This document shows positions 38,559 through 48,019 of a DNA stretch of 64,000 bases, in pieces. The notes under the pieces were generated by a model. It did not search any database. It worked only from the letters and a program-made list of their open reading frames with translations, and was not told where the DNA came from. The number at the start of each line of letters is the position of its first letter. Position 1 is the stretch's first letter. The position numbers and the translations under genes were made by a program. Origin of the DNA: Candidatus Aenigmatarchaeota archaeon (lineage in GTDB: Archaea; Aenigmatarchaeota; Aenigmatarchaeia; Aenigmatarchaeales; Aenigmatarchaeaceae); the NCBI GenBank assembly GCA_016933455.1, contig JAFGAZ010000004.1:9116-73115 (forward strand), given 5' to 3'.

Positions 38559-39005
38559 CTATTCTTCGTTCTCAAGGTAGATATAGTCTGCAACATCCTC
38601 TTCGCGCTTTGGCTGGATGTGTTCTGCCAGTTTTGCCCCAAAGTTGTTAAGCCTTCTTTCAAGGCTGAGTGTTTTCTCCGCCAGCCTGTCCAAAGAGTCC
38701 TTGTTTTCTGTCTTGTGCCTATTAAGCCTTTCCTCTAGCTGCTCCATTGCGGAATTAACGCTAACTCTTTTTACCATGTCCTTGCAGATGTTTTCCAGAT
38801 TGTCTATTTTATTCTTTATCTCTTCTCCCACCTTCTCTTCTTTCAAGGACTTTTTCCTTTCAAGCTCGACCATTGCCCCAAAGCCTATGGAATCAACTAT
38901 TAGGAGCACTATTAAAACTTGTAGAAAGTCGTAACCCAAAAGCTGCAGCGCTGCGGACACCACGGTCATGAAAATCAGTATCCAAAATGCTGTCTTGTAG
39001 GACAT
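38559..39005 (-). CDS. Membrane-anchored coiled-coil protein, 148 aa.
   Basis: Two N-terminal TM helices, then a charged coiled coil. Promoter motif aaaaggatttaaacc at 39023-39037. Confidence 0.55.
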   Translation of the reverse strand: MSYKTAFWILIFMTVVSAALQLLGYDFLQVLIVLLIVDSIGFGAMVELERKKSLKEEKVGEEIKNKIDNLENICKDMVKRVSVNSAMEQLEERLNRHKTENKDSLDRLAEKTLSLERRLNNFGAKLAEHIQPKREEDVADYIYLENEE

Positions 39006-39067
39006 GTGAAATACTACATTCCAAAAGGATTTAAACCTATTGTTATACTATCTGTAAGTGATAAATA

Positions 39068-39835
39068 TCACTTTTTGATCCTAAGTTTTCTAAGAAATCT
39101 CAAAAGCTTGCCCTCTGTTTCGTAAACCTCGCCAACAAGTTTTGAAGAAAGGCTAATTAGCTCCTTGCTTGCTGCGCTGTAGGGCTTGAATAGGACAACA
39201 GGCATCTTCAAAGTAAGGCTCTTGTGCACGTTCGTGTCATGCGGTATCTTGGCAATCACGGGAAGTTTTGTCAACTCCTCTATCTCAGAGTCGGACATTT
39301 CATAGTTCTTGTTGTTTGACATGTTAACCACTACACCCAAAGGCTTGACCCCTATCTCGTTTGCGATCTCCTGGCACCTGACAATGTCCATTACAAACGG
39401 TATGTAGGGGTTTGTAACATACAATACCTCGTCAGCAGCCCTCATTGATGCTATGCCCTCTCTTCCAAGGCCCGGGCTTCCGTCAAGAAGAACTATGTCA
39501 TTGTCGCTCATTAGGCCCTTTAGCTTGCTTCTTAGCTCTGTTATGTCAACGCCCTCCAAATCAGTTAGAGACAAAGAAGCAGGAACAACCTTCATGCCGC
39601 TGTAGTGCTCGCTTACAGCGTCCTCGACCTTGTACTCTCCTCTTAGGACCTTGTTTAGTGTTATGGGGCAATAGTACATGCCAAGATACAAACCCACGTG
39701 CGATGTTGTTACATTGCAGTCGACCAGTGTAACGTTCTTGTTAAAGTGCTTTGCAAGAGAGGCGCCTATGTTTAGACCTAATGTAGTCTTTCCAACGCCG
39801 CCTTTCCCAGAAATAATGCTTATTACCCTAGCCAT
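39068..39835 (-). CDS. MinD/ParA-family ATPase, paralogue A.
   Basis: Deviant Walker A SGKGGVGKTT, switch regions and a MinD-like body. The start is taken at MARVISIISGKGG, which avoids overlap with the upstream small ORF. Confidence 0.8.
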   Translation of the reverse strand: MARVISIISGKGGVGKTTLGLNIGASLAKHFNKNVTLVDCNVTTSHVGLYLGMYYCPITLNKVLRGEYKVEDAVSEHYSGMKVVPASLSLTDLEGVDITELRSKLKGLMSDNDIVLLDGSPGLGREGIASMRAADEVLYVTNPYIPFVMDIVRCQEIANEIGVKPLGVVVNMSNNKNYEMSDSEIEELTKLPVIAKIPHDTNVHKSLTLKMPVVLFKPYSAASKELISLSSKLVGEVYETEGKLLRFLRKLRIKK

Positions 39836-39848
39836 TACAACACCACTA

Positions 39849-40109
39849 CTATTTCTCTGGTTTCTTATCTTTTTTAACTTTTCTATTGCTTCCAAAAAGT
39901 CCGCCCAAAAAACCACCGCTTCCTTTCTTTAGAAACGGCAGCCCTGTTCTTGGGTCCTCGAAAACAACATACCCGCTGGGCACGCTGCTTAGCGCATCCT
40001 TTGGGTCCTCGGAAAAAAAGTATAGTTTTGACTTGCCTCTCATTGTCATGTGAAGCCAGAAATTCTTTTTCTTCTTGTTCTTGTAGACAAATGTTCCGAA
40101 AAGACCCAT
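39849..40109 (-). CDS. Small basic protein, 86 aa.
   Basis: ORF with GLFG/GGFLGGLFG glycine-rich motifs. Low support. Confidence 0.3.
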   Translation of the reverse strand: MGLFGTFVYKNKKKKNFWLHMTMRGKSKLYFFSEDPKDALSSVPSGYVVFEDPRTGLPFLKKGSGGFLGGLFGSNRKVKKDKKPEK

Positions 40110-40142
40110 GTTTTATAGATATTTTTTCCTTTCAATTTAAGT

Positions 40143-41366
40143 CTATGTCTCAGCTTCTTCCATTCTCAAAAGCTTGGGTTTTCTTTTATCTTTCTTCCTA
40201 TTGTGAAGCATAAGGAATATTACTGCTATTGCAATTATTACAAGCAAAAGCCAAAGAGGGCTAAAAGATGGTGCTGTGTATACCACAAAAGAAATCTGAG
40301 CCAGTTTTAAAGTGGCGTCCTTTAGTATGTCCTTTAATTCTTCCAAAGAAGAGCTTGCTGACAAATAATCCTCTTGTTCGTAAAAATTTTTGGCTTCCTG
40401 CATTTTTGCTTTGGCATTTTCTAGTTCAATTCCCACTTCAGTTGTGTCAAGGTCCTTTGCTCTGGCATCTATTATCTGCCTTTCAAGGTCTGCTATTAGA
40501 AGATCGTAATTGAGTATCGTGTTTTTCACATCATCCTTTAGAGAAACGTCGTAAGATGTCAGGTTTACTTTTATTGTGCCCGTTTCCTTGAGCTCTCTTG
40601 TTACAAGCTCAAAGTCTATTGGGTACTCGCCTATGGGCGCCTCGTTTGGCGCGAAGATGTCTAAAAGGAAAACAACCGTTTCCCCGGGGTCTAGGTAATA
40701 AGATTCCTTTGGATTCATGTCAATGTCTAAAAGGTTGGAAGCAGACAGATGCATCTTCATCTCATGGATTGTGGCGTTTCCTATGTTCTTTACCTTGATG
40801 TTGGTCATCACGCTTCTGCCAGGGTATACATTTATTGATTCGGGATAGCTGACGTTGAGCGACGGCGTGACTTCTGCCCATGTTCCAAAAGGAAAGTTTT
40901 GGGCATAAACGTACGGCGTATAATCCGGGAAAGTAGCATAGAAGCTTCCCCAAGCCTCCATTCTTTTGGTGCCCATTGTTATTCTGACTTTGATGTAATA
41001 GTATCCCATTGTGTTTGGCGTGAATTTTGTTTCAAATGGCCTTCTCATGCCTGGATAAAGAGTTACTGTCGAGTCCTGATAGTGTACCAATTCCTCAAGC
41101 TTGTCTGAATAGTAGTAGATGTACTCTTCTATTGTTAGGTCGTATGTTTCTGTTCCTGAATTGAAAAATTCTACGTAGATATCCTGGGTTTCCGATACGT
41201 TCGCCAGGGTTTCAAAGTTAAAGGCTGATATATGGCCGCTGAAATTGCTCTTTATAGCAACATCGAGCTGATGCATGGTCATGCCGGTTATCCCGTAGGG
41301 TATAAAATACGCAAGAGATGCTAGGACAATTAGCAAAACAAGAATGTGCAGCCAAAACTCTCTCAT
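40143..41366 (-). CDS. Membrane-anchored surface protein, 407 aa.
   Basis: N-terminal TM/signal, extracellular beta-rich body with N-X-S/T sequons and a coiled coil, C-terminal TM (LWLLLVIIAIAVIFLML), and a basic tail. Confidence 0.6.
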   Translation of the reverse strand: MREFWLHILVLLIVLASLAYFIPYGITGMTMHQLDVAIKSNFSGHISAFNFETLANVSETQDIYVEFFNSGTETYDLTIEEYIYYYSDKLEELVHYQDSTVTLYPGMRRPFETKFTPNTMGYYYIKVRITMGTKRMEAWGSFYATFPDYTPYVYAQNFPFGTWAEVTPSLNVSYPESINVYPGRSVMTNIKVKNIGNATIHEMKMHLSASNLLDIDMNPKESYYLDPGETVVFLLDIFAPNEAPIGEYPIDFELVTRELKETGTIKVNLTSYDVSLKDDVKNTILNYDLLIADLERQIIDARAKDLDTTEVGIELENAKAKMQEAKNFYEQEDYLSASSSLEELKDILKDATLKLAQISFVVYTAPSFSPLWLLLVIIAIAVIFLMLHNRKKDKRKPKLLRMEEAET

Positions 41367-41398
41367 ATAAACTAATTTGAGCCTCAGATATAAAACCC

Positions 41399-41998
41399 TT
41401 AATATTTTTTGTATAACAACAACGCAATCGCAATGGTTGCTATGACCAAGATAAATACAATGCTGCTCTCTTCTTTGTCTTCATAATTTTCCTTTGGTAT
41501 GATAATTTCTTCTTCAAAGTCATCTTCTACAACATCAGGCTCGATTCCTCTTAGTCCTACTTTTAAGATGAAGCTGTTTTTTGGAACCATTGTTAGCTGT
41601 CCTGTGTCCTGAGATGTTATCTGAGAAACTATTGTAAAGGAATAGTTGCCGCTTTCCTCGTTTTGCGGCGGCTTTACGAAAACATTTACTATTTTTGCCC
41701 TTATGTTTTCATTCATATACGGCAGGCTTATGTATTCCTCTCCTGTTTCCTTGTCAAGCAAAAATGAAGCAGGGTCTATTATTACTGTCCAACCTTCCGG
41801 GCTTTCAACATTCCTTATTTCCATCGTGTAGGGCTCATTTCCAGAATTCCAGAAAAGTATCTTGAACCTTGCAGATTGCTCCAAAGCTATTTCCTGATAA
41901 TCGTACTTTAGGCTGTTGCCTATGCTTATCGCATTTGCGCAGCAGGCTAGTGCTAGGAAAAAAAATGCAAAAAACATGCTAAGGCGCTTCTTGTCCAT
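41399..41998 (-). CDS. Secreted protein, 199 aa, with a C-terminal TM anchor.
   Basis: Signal peptide (FFLALACCANA) and C-terminal IVFILVIATIAIALLLYKKY. Confidence 0.55.
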   Translation of the reverse strand: MDKKRLSMFFAFFFLALACCANAISIGNSLKYDYQEIALEQSARFKILFWNSGNEPYTMEIRNVESPEGWTVIIDPASFLLDKETGEEYISLPYMNENIRAKIVNVFVKPPQNEESGNYSFTIVSQITSQDTGQLTMVPKNSFILKVGLRGIEPDVVEDDFEEEIIIPKENYEDKEESSIVFILVIATIAIALLLYKKY

Positions 41999-43310
41999 TT
42001 TTTACCCCCCAAACATATATGCTTCCCGCATAGTAACCAGTGTATACTGGCGGAACATTGATCCAATACCAAGAAGTTATGTTACTGCCTTCTGAAAATC
42101 CAGAGCCTAGAAGACTTGCTGTTTTTGATAGTTCATGGGCTTCGGAAAAATCATTTGTTGTATTGCTCCAGCTTATGTTCGAAACGCCTATCGTATATCC
42201 TAACGTTTCGTTTGTCAAGTCGGTTCCGTTTATGTATATATCCAAATTGCAGCTGCCCTCGTTGACTGTCACGTTGTAGTCGTTTATGTCATTTCCCTCC
42301 GCGCTGTTCTGTCCGGAGCTAGGGTCAAGCATACCGAAAATTATAGAACTCCATTGCATGTTGATATCTATTGTGCAGTCGCTGATAGAGATTGTCACGT
42401 TTTCAGTTGCATTGTCTTCCACTTCGTCAAAGGAAGAGTTGAACATTGCTCCTATTTTCCATCCGCTGTTTATGTCTGCAGTTGCGTTTATCGACCAGTT
42501 GACAAGACAAAAATCCCCTGATAGCATGCTCCCGCAAGGCTTTAGAGGATTCAAAGGGCTTTCGTTTACAAAGAAGGGCTTGTCTCCAAAAGTATCGTTC
42601 ACAGGATAATTAGGGTATTCTGATGAAAGGTTGTACATTACTGTTCCAAAAACATTGCCGCAAGGGCCGTCTCTGCAAACAATGGACGTGTTTACGAAAA
42701 ACGTCTTGTTTTGTATTATGTTAAGAGTTGCTTGTGTGTCTGGATTTAGCATCTCAACTTCTAGATAGCTTGCATAACCTACATAGTACTGCACATAGTC
42801 CTCCTTTAGAAGACCCACATCCGAATCCCCTGTGGAGTTTATCTTGAATCTGATTCTTCCATCGGAAGAGTTAAAGTCCATTGCATTGCTTGTTATGTTG
42901 CACCACCATTTTGTAGGAGTGTTTGGGGGAACTGTGCCAAAGTCACATCCGGAAGATACCCACAAAGAGTTTTCCCAGTCGTACACGTTCAAGCTGTAAT
43001 CATCCGAAACATTGCTTGTAAAGTTTATCGTGATGTTTATCGAATCTATGCTGCCATCAGCTATCTGAGTCGAGTTGTGCCATATGTCAACAAAATTGCT
43101 TCCTGTTTTGAACTCTTCCTCTATGTCGTATGTCAAATCCTCTCCAAGAATGTTTAGGTCTTCATAATCGCCTGTTGGCGTAAGGCCTATGTCAACTAGC
43201 GGCTCTCCTTCCTGGTCGTATTGTACTGTAACTTGGGCAAAAGCAAAAGAGCTGTTGCTTAGAACCAGCAATAAAATTAAAAACAGAGTCGCTTCGGTTT
43301 TTGATGGCAT
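41979..43310 (-). CDS. Secreted surface protein rich in sequons, 443 aa.
   Basis: Signal peptide and very dense N-X-S/T sites (NSS, NIT, NFT, NVS and others). It overlaps the next gene by 20 nt. Confidence 0.6.
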   Translation of the reverse strand: MPSKTEATLFLILLLVLSNSSFAFAQVTVQYDQEGEPLVDIGLTPTGDYEDLNILGEDLTYDIEEEFKTGSNFVDIWHNSTQIADGSIDSINITINFTSNVSDDYSLNVYDWENSLWVSSGCDFGTVPPNTPTKWWCNITSNAMDFNSSDGRIRFKINSTGDSDVGLLKEDYVQYYVGYASYLEVEMLNPDTQATLNIIQNKTFFVNTSIVCRDGPCGNVFGTVMYNLSSEYPNYPVNDTFGDKPFFVNESPLNPLKPCGSMLSGDFCLVNWSINATADINSGWKIGAMFNSSFDEVEDNATENVTISISDCTIDINMQWSSIIFGMLDPSSGQNSAEGNDINDYNVTVNEGSCNLDIYINGTDLTNETLGYTIGVSNISWSNTTNDFSEAHELSKTASLLGSGFSEGSNITSWYWINVPPVYTGYYAGSIYVWGVKNGQEAP

Positions 43311-43319
43311 AGAAATACC

Positions 43320-44096
43320 TCAGGCGAACTCTTTTTTCCTTTTGAAAGCCATCTTTACCTTGTCCCAGAAACTGTAACTGTAGTCGTGTCCCGCTATCTT
43401 GGCAGCCAGCTTAAAGAAGGCCTGTTGCGACGGTGATTTCTTTTTTGATGAGGCAACTAGCTCCTTTTTGTTAAAGCTTGCCAAAACCTCTTCGTCTTCT
43501 GGAACATACCCTATTATCGGCATTTCTAAAAACTGCTGTATCTCTTCCATGGTCAATTCGTACTTTTTGTTTCTGACCCTGTTGACAATTACACCTAGTA
43601 ATGTCGGACGTATCTGGAACTTTTCTATCACATGCTTGCACTTTTCTATGTCAACCAAAGACGGTATGAAAGGGTTTGCGACAAAAAGCGTCTCGTCGCT
43701 TGCCTGCAGAGCTATCATGGCCTCCTTGCCAAGGCCCGGAGCAGAGTCTAAAATAACTATGTCGTAATCCGCAAACACCTGCTTTAATTTTTCCTTAATG
43801 CCGCTGACATCAATGTTAACTATGTCGTCTAGTCTTAGGGATGCTGGCACAACGTTAAGGCCTGATTTGTGCTTGTATATGGCGTCTTCAAGCTTAACCT
43901 CGTTTCTCAAAAAATTGTTTAGTGTTAGAGGGCACTTGTACATGTCAAAGTAAAGACCTATGTGTGACGTTGTTATGTTAAAGTCTATAACAGCCACTTT
44001 CTTGTTATATTTCTGGAGTGCCACGCCCAGATTGGCGGCTATCGTGGTCTTTCCTACCCCTCCTTTGCCAGAGCACACGTTTATTATTCTTACCAT
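43320..44096 (-). CDS. MinD/ParA-family ATPase, paralogue B.
   Basis: CSGKGGVGKTT Walker A, collinear with paralogue A. Its start overlaps the stop of the upstream 783-aa gene (44096-44099). Confidence 0.85.
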   Translation of the reverse strand: MVRIINVCSGKGGVGKTTIAANLGVALQKYNKKVAVIDFNITTSHIGLYFDMYKCPLTLNNFLRNEVKLEDAIYKHKSGLNVVPASLRLDDIVNIDVSGIKEKLKQVFADYDIVILDSAPGLGKEAMIALQASDETLFVANPFIPSLVDIEKCKHVIEKFQIRPTLLGVIVNRVRNKKYELTMEEIQQFLEMPIIGYVPEDEEVLASFNKKELVASSKKKSPSQQAFFKLAAKIAGHDYSYSFWDKVKMAFKRKKEFA

Positions 44097-44098
44097 TA

Positions 44099-46450
44099 TT
44101 AATCACCTTTTTGCGTCAAATTTTTGGAAAATTTCAAAACATTGGGAAATTCCGTTATTATGAGCTTGTCATAGCTTCCTGTGTTTGGATGCATGGGCTG
44201 ACCGTCGGTGCTCATGTATTTCCTAACACCTATAAGGAAACTCCTTATCTCTCCCCTGTTGCTGAACTTTTTTCTTTTTTTTAGCAGTATTGCAAGCGAA
44301 AAGCAAACTGCCGCGAATATTCCCACGAATGCCAGTTCATAGTAGCTTATTTGCGGTAGTGTAAAGCCTGTTGCAAGACCTGTTGTGGGAACTGTTTCTT
44401 GCTCGCCAGTTTCAAAAACATTAAGGCCAAATACCAGCTCTTGTGTAATTTCATTGTTTTCAGATTTCAAAGTCACGCTTCTTATGCCGGTTTCCATGTA
44501 AACAGGGATCGAAATATCCAATGTTATATCCCTGCTTTCTCCTACTTTGAGACTTATCGTATCGGGTTGAAGAGTGTAATAGTCCTGTGAAATGCCCTCC
44601 AAGTAAAGCAGCATTTCGGTTAGGTCATCTTGTCCGTCGTTGACTATCGTAAAATTATAGCTGCTGCTTCCACCCCTTTCTATTCTGACAGTCTCTGGAA
44701 AGTCGATGAAAACTGATTTGCTCTTTACAACTGAAATTTTTGTTTCTCCATTGAAAGCGCTGTAGGGCTCCTTTCTTGCATCAACTGATACAACATATTC
44801 TGCCTCGTTTTTTGGAACGTCAAGCTCCACGGAAAACACGCCGTTGTCGTCGGACTTTACTGTTATGCTTTCCTGCGTGTTTTTTATGGCGACAAAAACT
44901 GTGGTGTTTCCGACAACATCTCCGTCCTCATCCTTTGTTATTCCCGACACCTTTATTGTTTCGTCCAGATTGTACTCTTTCTTGTCCGTGCTAAATACCG
45001 ATTTTAGACTCTTGACCTCGCCTATTACGAACGCTGAAAGACCTGAAGCTGTTATTCTAACATTGTTTCTTATCATGTCTATGTCGTATCCGATCTCTTC
45101 CCATTCGTCACTGCATGCTTGCTTTCCCATGCTCCAGTCCGAGCATCTAAACACCTTTAGCTCATCCTCGTCTATCACATTGCCTTCGTCATAGTCCATT
45201 TCCAATTCCAGTGTTGAATAGTCAAGACCTATCTCGTAGCCGTATAGGCCGGCGTTTCTTATGCCGGGTATTTCTGTTTCGTCGCCGTAAAAATAATTTA
45301 TAGGATCGTCAAATTCGCTGAGCGTCACGCTTGAGAGTTCAATTTGGGATTTAGGAAAGTCAATGACTATGTCGTAAACTCCTGGAGGCAAAAGTCCTCC
45401 GTATTTGCCGTATGCGTCTGTTGATACTGTCAGCTTGTTTATATCGTTCTGATTGAACTTTATCTTGGTGCTTATGGCTTTGTTGTTTTCATCAACCAAC
45501 TCGCCGTCAATGACTACAGCGTATTCTATCTGCTTGTTTGCAGAATAAGTTTTCGATTCGTGGCTCATGCTGGCTTCTAACTGATAGCTTCCAGGCGAAA
45601 GCGGCGGGGCCATGATGCTAATAACATAGTAATTCCCCTGCAAGGAAAAGCCCGTTACATCAGCAGAGGTTCCACCGATTTTTATTCCAATATCGTTCTG
45701 GTCTAGGCTTATCATGTTTCCCTTGTCCATAGCCAATACGGAGACTGTTATGTTGTCCTTGCTCTTAATCCACGTCTTTGATACTGAAGCTATCTCAAAT
45801 TCAATGCTGTTTCTTACGTCAGCAGAGCCATAGTCGGTTACTGATGCCCCCTCATAGAACATAGTGACACTAACATCGTAAACATCGCGTGTTCCTGGAG
45901 TGTCAAGCTTTAGTATCCACCCTCTTGTGATGTCGTATGCAGGAACAACCTTGAGATTTTTCAAAACACCGTCAAGCGTCACGTTGAACAAGACATCATG
46001 CGTTATTCTTGCACCATCTTTCTCTGCTACAAAGTCTATCTCTATTGTGTCGCCTATGTATGCTGGCACCGGTCTTATGTCGCCTATGTATCCTGACAAG
46101 CTAGAAACCGTAAAGCTGCTTGCTTGGCTTGTGATATTGCTGACATTGTTTTTGCAGTATACGGTCACATCATATGTTCCAATCCTGTCTAGATACGCCT
46201 CGCTTAAAGACAGCTGATAGTTTATGTTCCCTGAAAAATAAAGTATAGGCAGCAATATTTCTGGACCTTCTATTTGGGCATACACCTGTTCTATTGACAT
46301 GTTAGCATTGTCAGTGCACAAAAGTTCCATGTCAACGCTTGTTCCAATCCAAGGATTTTGCGGGTCTATCGAAAAGTCTTGTATGACTGGCATTGCAAAA
46401 GCCGCGTTAACGGAAAGCAAAAGTATGACTAAGGGCAGGAGTTTTTTCAT
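44099..46450 (-). CDS. Large surface protein, 783 aa: signal peptide, repetitive Ig-like beta domains, a TM anchor and a cytoplasmic tail of about 60 aa.
   Basis: MKKLLPLVILLLSVNAAFA signal, TM FVGIFAAVCFSLAILL followed by KKRKK, then a soluble tail immediately before the MinD gene. Confidence 0.7.
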   Translation of the reverse strand: MKKLLPLVILLLSVNAAFAMPVIQDFSIDPQNPWIGTSVDMELLCTDNANMSIEQVYAQIEGPEILLPILYFSGNINYQLSLSEAYLDRIGTYDVTVYCKNNVSNITSQASSFTVSSLSGYIGDIRPVPAYIGDTIEIDFVAEKDGARITHDVLFNVTLDGVLKNLKVVPAYDITRGWILKLDTPGTRDVYDVSVTMFYEGASVTDYGSADVRNSIEFEIASVSKTWIKSKDNITVSVLAMDKGNMISLDQNDIGIKIGGTSADVTGFSLQGNYYVISIMAPPLSPGSYQLEASMSHESKTYSANKQIEYAVVIDGELVDENNKAISTKIKFNQNDINKLTVSTDAYGKYGGLLPPGVYDIVIDFPKSQIELSSVTLSEFDDPINYFYGDETEIPGIRNAGLYGYEIGLDYSTLELEMDYDEGNVIDEDELKVFRCSDWSMGKQACSDEWEEIGYDIDMIRNNVRITASGLSAFVIGEVKSLKSVFSTDKKEYNLDETIKVSGITKDEDGDVVGNTTVFVAIKNTQESITVKSDDNGVFSVELDVPKNEAEYVVSVDARKEPYSAFNGETKISVVKSKSVFIDFPETVRIERGGSSSYNFTIVNDGQDDLTEMLLYLEGISQDYYTLQPDTISLKVGESRDITLDISIPVYMETGIRSVTLKSENNEITQELVFGLNVFETGEQETVPTTGLATGFTLPQISYYELAFVGIFAAVCFSLAILLKKRKKFSNRGEIRSFLIGVRKYMSTDGQPMHPNTGSYDKLIITEFPNVLKFSKNLTQKGD

Positions 46451-46665
46451 TTTCTTTCCCTCCTTGGAACCATGTATATATTGGACCTGCCCACTTTGTG
46501 CAGTTCGAGCTTGCCCTGGTTTTTTAGAGCTTCAAGATAACCTGCTGCAACATCCCTTCTCATGCCGAGCTTTTTGGCTATCTGCGATACTGACAGCAGC
46601 TCCTGTCCAAGAATGTCTAGAACCTTTTTCTCGAAATCCGCCCCTGTAAGCCCCTTTTCAGCCAA
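46447..46665 (-). CDS. Small winged-helix transcriptional regulator of about 72 aa. A TTG start is proposed. The tracked ORF 46447..46809 reads an N-terminal extension through an AT-rich spacer.
   Basis: wHTH LLSVSQIAKKLGMRRDVAAGYLEALKNQGKLELHKVG. The tracked N-terminus is low-complexity Y/I/S-rich and has no other Met. Its stop overlaps the 783-aa gene start. Confidence 0.5.
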   Translation of the reverse strand: MAEKGLTGADFEKKVLDILGQELLSVSQIAKKLGMRRDVAAGYLEALKNQGKLELHKVGRSNIYMVPRRERK

Positions 46666-46771
46666 ATAAACACTCTTCCATATTGCAACTATATAGATAT
46701 CATATAAATTTGATATAAATACTTTTCTGTATACATATGAATACAATATAGACGCAATATAGCACAAAGAA
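46666..46771. promoter_or_regulatory. Repeat-rich AT spacer inside the operon, a candidate internal promoter or operator for the wHTH gene.
   Basis: Direct repeats TCATATAAAT/TGATATAAAT (46712-46741) and CAATATAG twice (46754-46774). Confidence 0.35.
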
Positions 46772-47521
46772 CTAGTTGAAAATAGCGTACTTGATGCTGT
46801 CTGTGACAAAGAAATACAAGCCTACAAGACCATCAAGCTTTTTCATTTCAATTGTTTCTTCCGTATAGTACTTGCCGTTATCAGAAGCTATCAATAGCTT
46901 TACAGAAGAGGTCGCCCAAAGAGACGGCACATATCTTATCATGACGTACTTTGAACTGTTGGTTTTTATTTTGTCTATTACTTTCTGTTCGAATATCCAT
47001 CCCGACATATAGTCGGTTGGCATTATGACAATGTCTTGAACATCTGCGTTTGCTATCACATCGAAAAGCACATAGTCGTCGTATGTCCTGAAATTCCTTA
47101 TTGAGAATACATCTTCTTGTTGCGTTTTGTTTTCCACAACAAATTCCACATTCTTGTACTCGCTCACCTCGTTTCCGAAATAAATCTTTAGTTTCGATAA
47201 GTAAACGCCCGGGTTCAAAGTGTGCCAGTATATGTCAAGAACCTTCTTGTCGCCAGGATAGAATTCCTCTTCAAGGCTCCAGCCGCTGAATATCGTTTTT
47301 TGGTTGTTGTCTTGTATTTCTATCTTTGCTCTTGCCTTGTATGGAACGCTTCCTGTGTTGTAGAATTCAGATGAAAACTTTACAAGATTTGACCCTTCTG
47401 TTGAGAATGCTATTAACCTGCCATCAACAATTTCCGACACGCCCACATCTATTGATGCAGCGTATGCTACGCATACTGAAACAAGCATACAACCTACCAG
47501 TATCAAAGAACCCTTCATCAA
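46772..47521 (-). CDS. Secreted protein, 249 aa.
   Basis: Signal peptide (LILVGCMLVSVCVAYA). Its start abuts the stop of the upstream gene (47521/47522). Confidence 0.6.
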   Translation of the reverse strand: MMKGSLILVGCMLVSVCVAYAASIDVGVSEIVDGRLIAFSTEGSNLVKFSSEFYNTGSVPYKARAKIEIQDNNQKTIFSGWSLEEEFYPGDKKVLDIYWHTLNPGVYLSKLKIYFGNEVSEYKNVEFVVENKTQQEDVFSIRNFRTYDDYVLFDVIANADVQDIVIMPTDYMSGWIFEQKVIDKIKTNSSKYVMIRYVPSLWATSSVKLLIASDNGKYYTEETIEMKKLDGLVGLYFFVTDSIKYAIFN

Positions 47522-48019
47522 TCAGACTATGACAGGAAAATTATAAATAGGTTTCTTGATGATGACATCTATTTCTCCTGAATAGAAATCTGCAATTTCA
47601 TTGCTTGTAAATATTATGCTAACAGAGGTTTTCTCTTCCGGATTTAGCAAAATGTTGTTTTTGCTAAACGACACGTGATTTGATATGTTTCCATAAGCTT
47701 TCAGGATTATTTCGACGTCGTGTTCATTCGAATTTGACAAATCGACTGTTCTTGTGGAATAGCTGCCATTTGCAGGTACTGCCCCGAAATTTATGTTCCA
47801 GCTTTCAGTTGCAAAGCCAAGTGTTATAGTGCTGTTTGTCTGGCCCGATGTCACCTCAACGCAAGAAGGATACCTTATTATGTCATAGTTAAAGAAGATG
47901 TTCGAATAATTGTTCACAGTCGTGTTAGATACTGTTTCCTGAGGTTCAGGGGGTTCAAGCATATTGGCTAAAAGTATGAAAACCACCACAAATGCCAAAA
48001 GCATGGTTTTTAGGTTCAT
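47522..48019 (-). CDS. Secreted protein, 165 aa.
   Basis: Signal peptide. Its start overlaps the upstream stop (48016-48019). Confidence 0.55.
   Translation of the reverse strand: MNLKTMLLAFVVVFILLANMLEPPEPQETVSNTTVNNYSNIFFNYDIIRYPSCVEVTSGQTNSTITLGFATESWNINFGAVPANGSYSTRTVDLSNSNEHDVEIILKAYGNISNHVSFSKNNILLNPEEKTSVSIIFTSNEIADFYSGEIDVIIKKPIYNFPVIV

Noticed and set aside
39836-39916. N-terminal extension of MinD-A that overlaps the 86-aa ORF.
   Set aside because: The Walker A begins right after the internal Met (MARVISIISGKGG), which matches the MinD-B start MVRIINVCSGKGG. The extension is probably a read-through.
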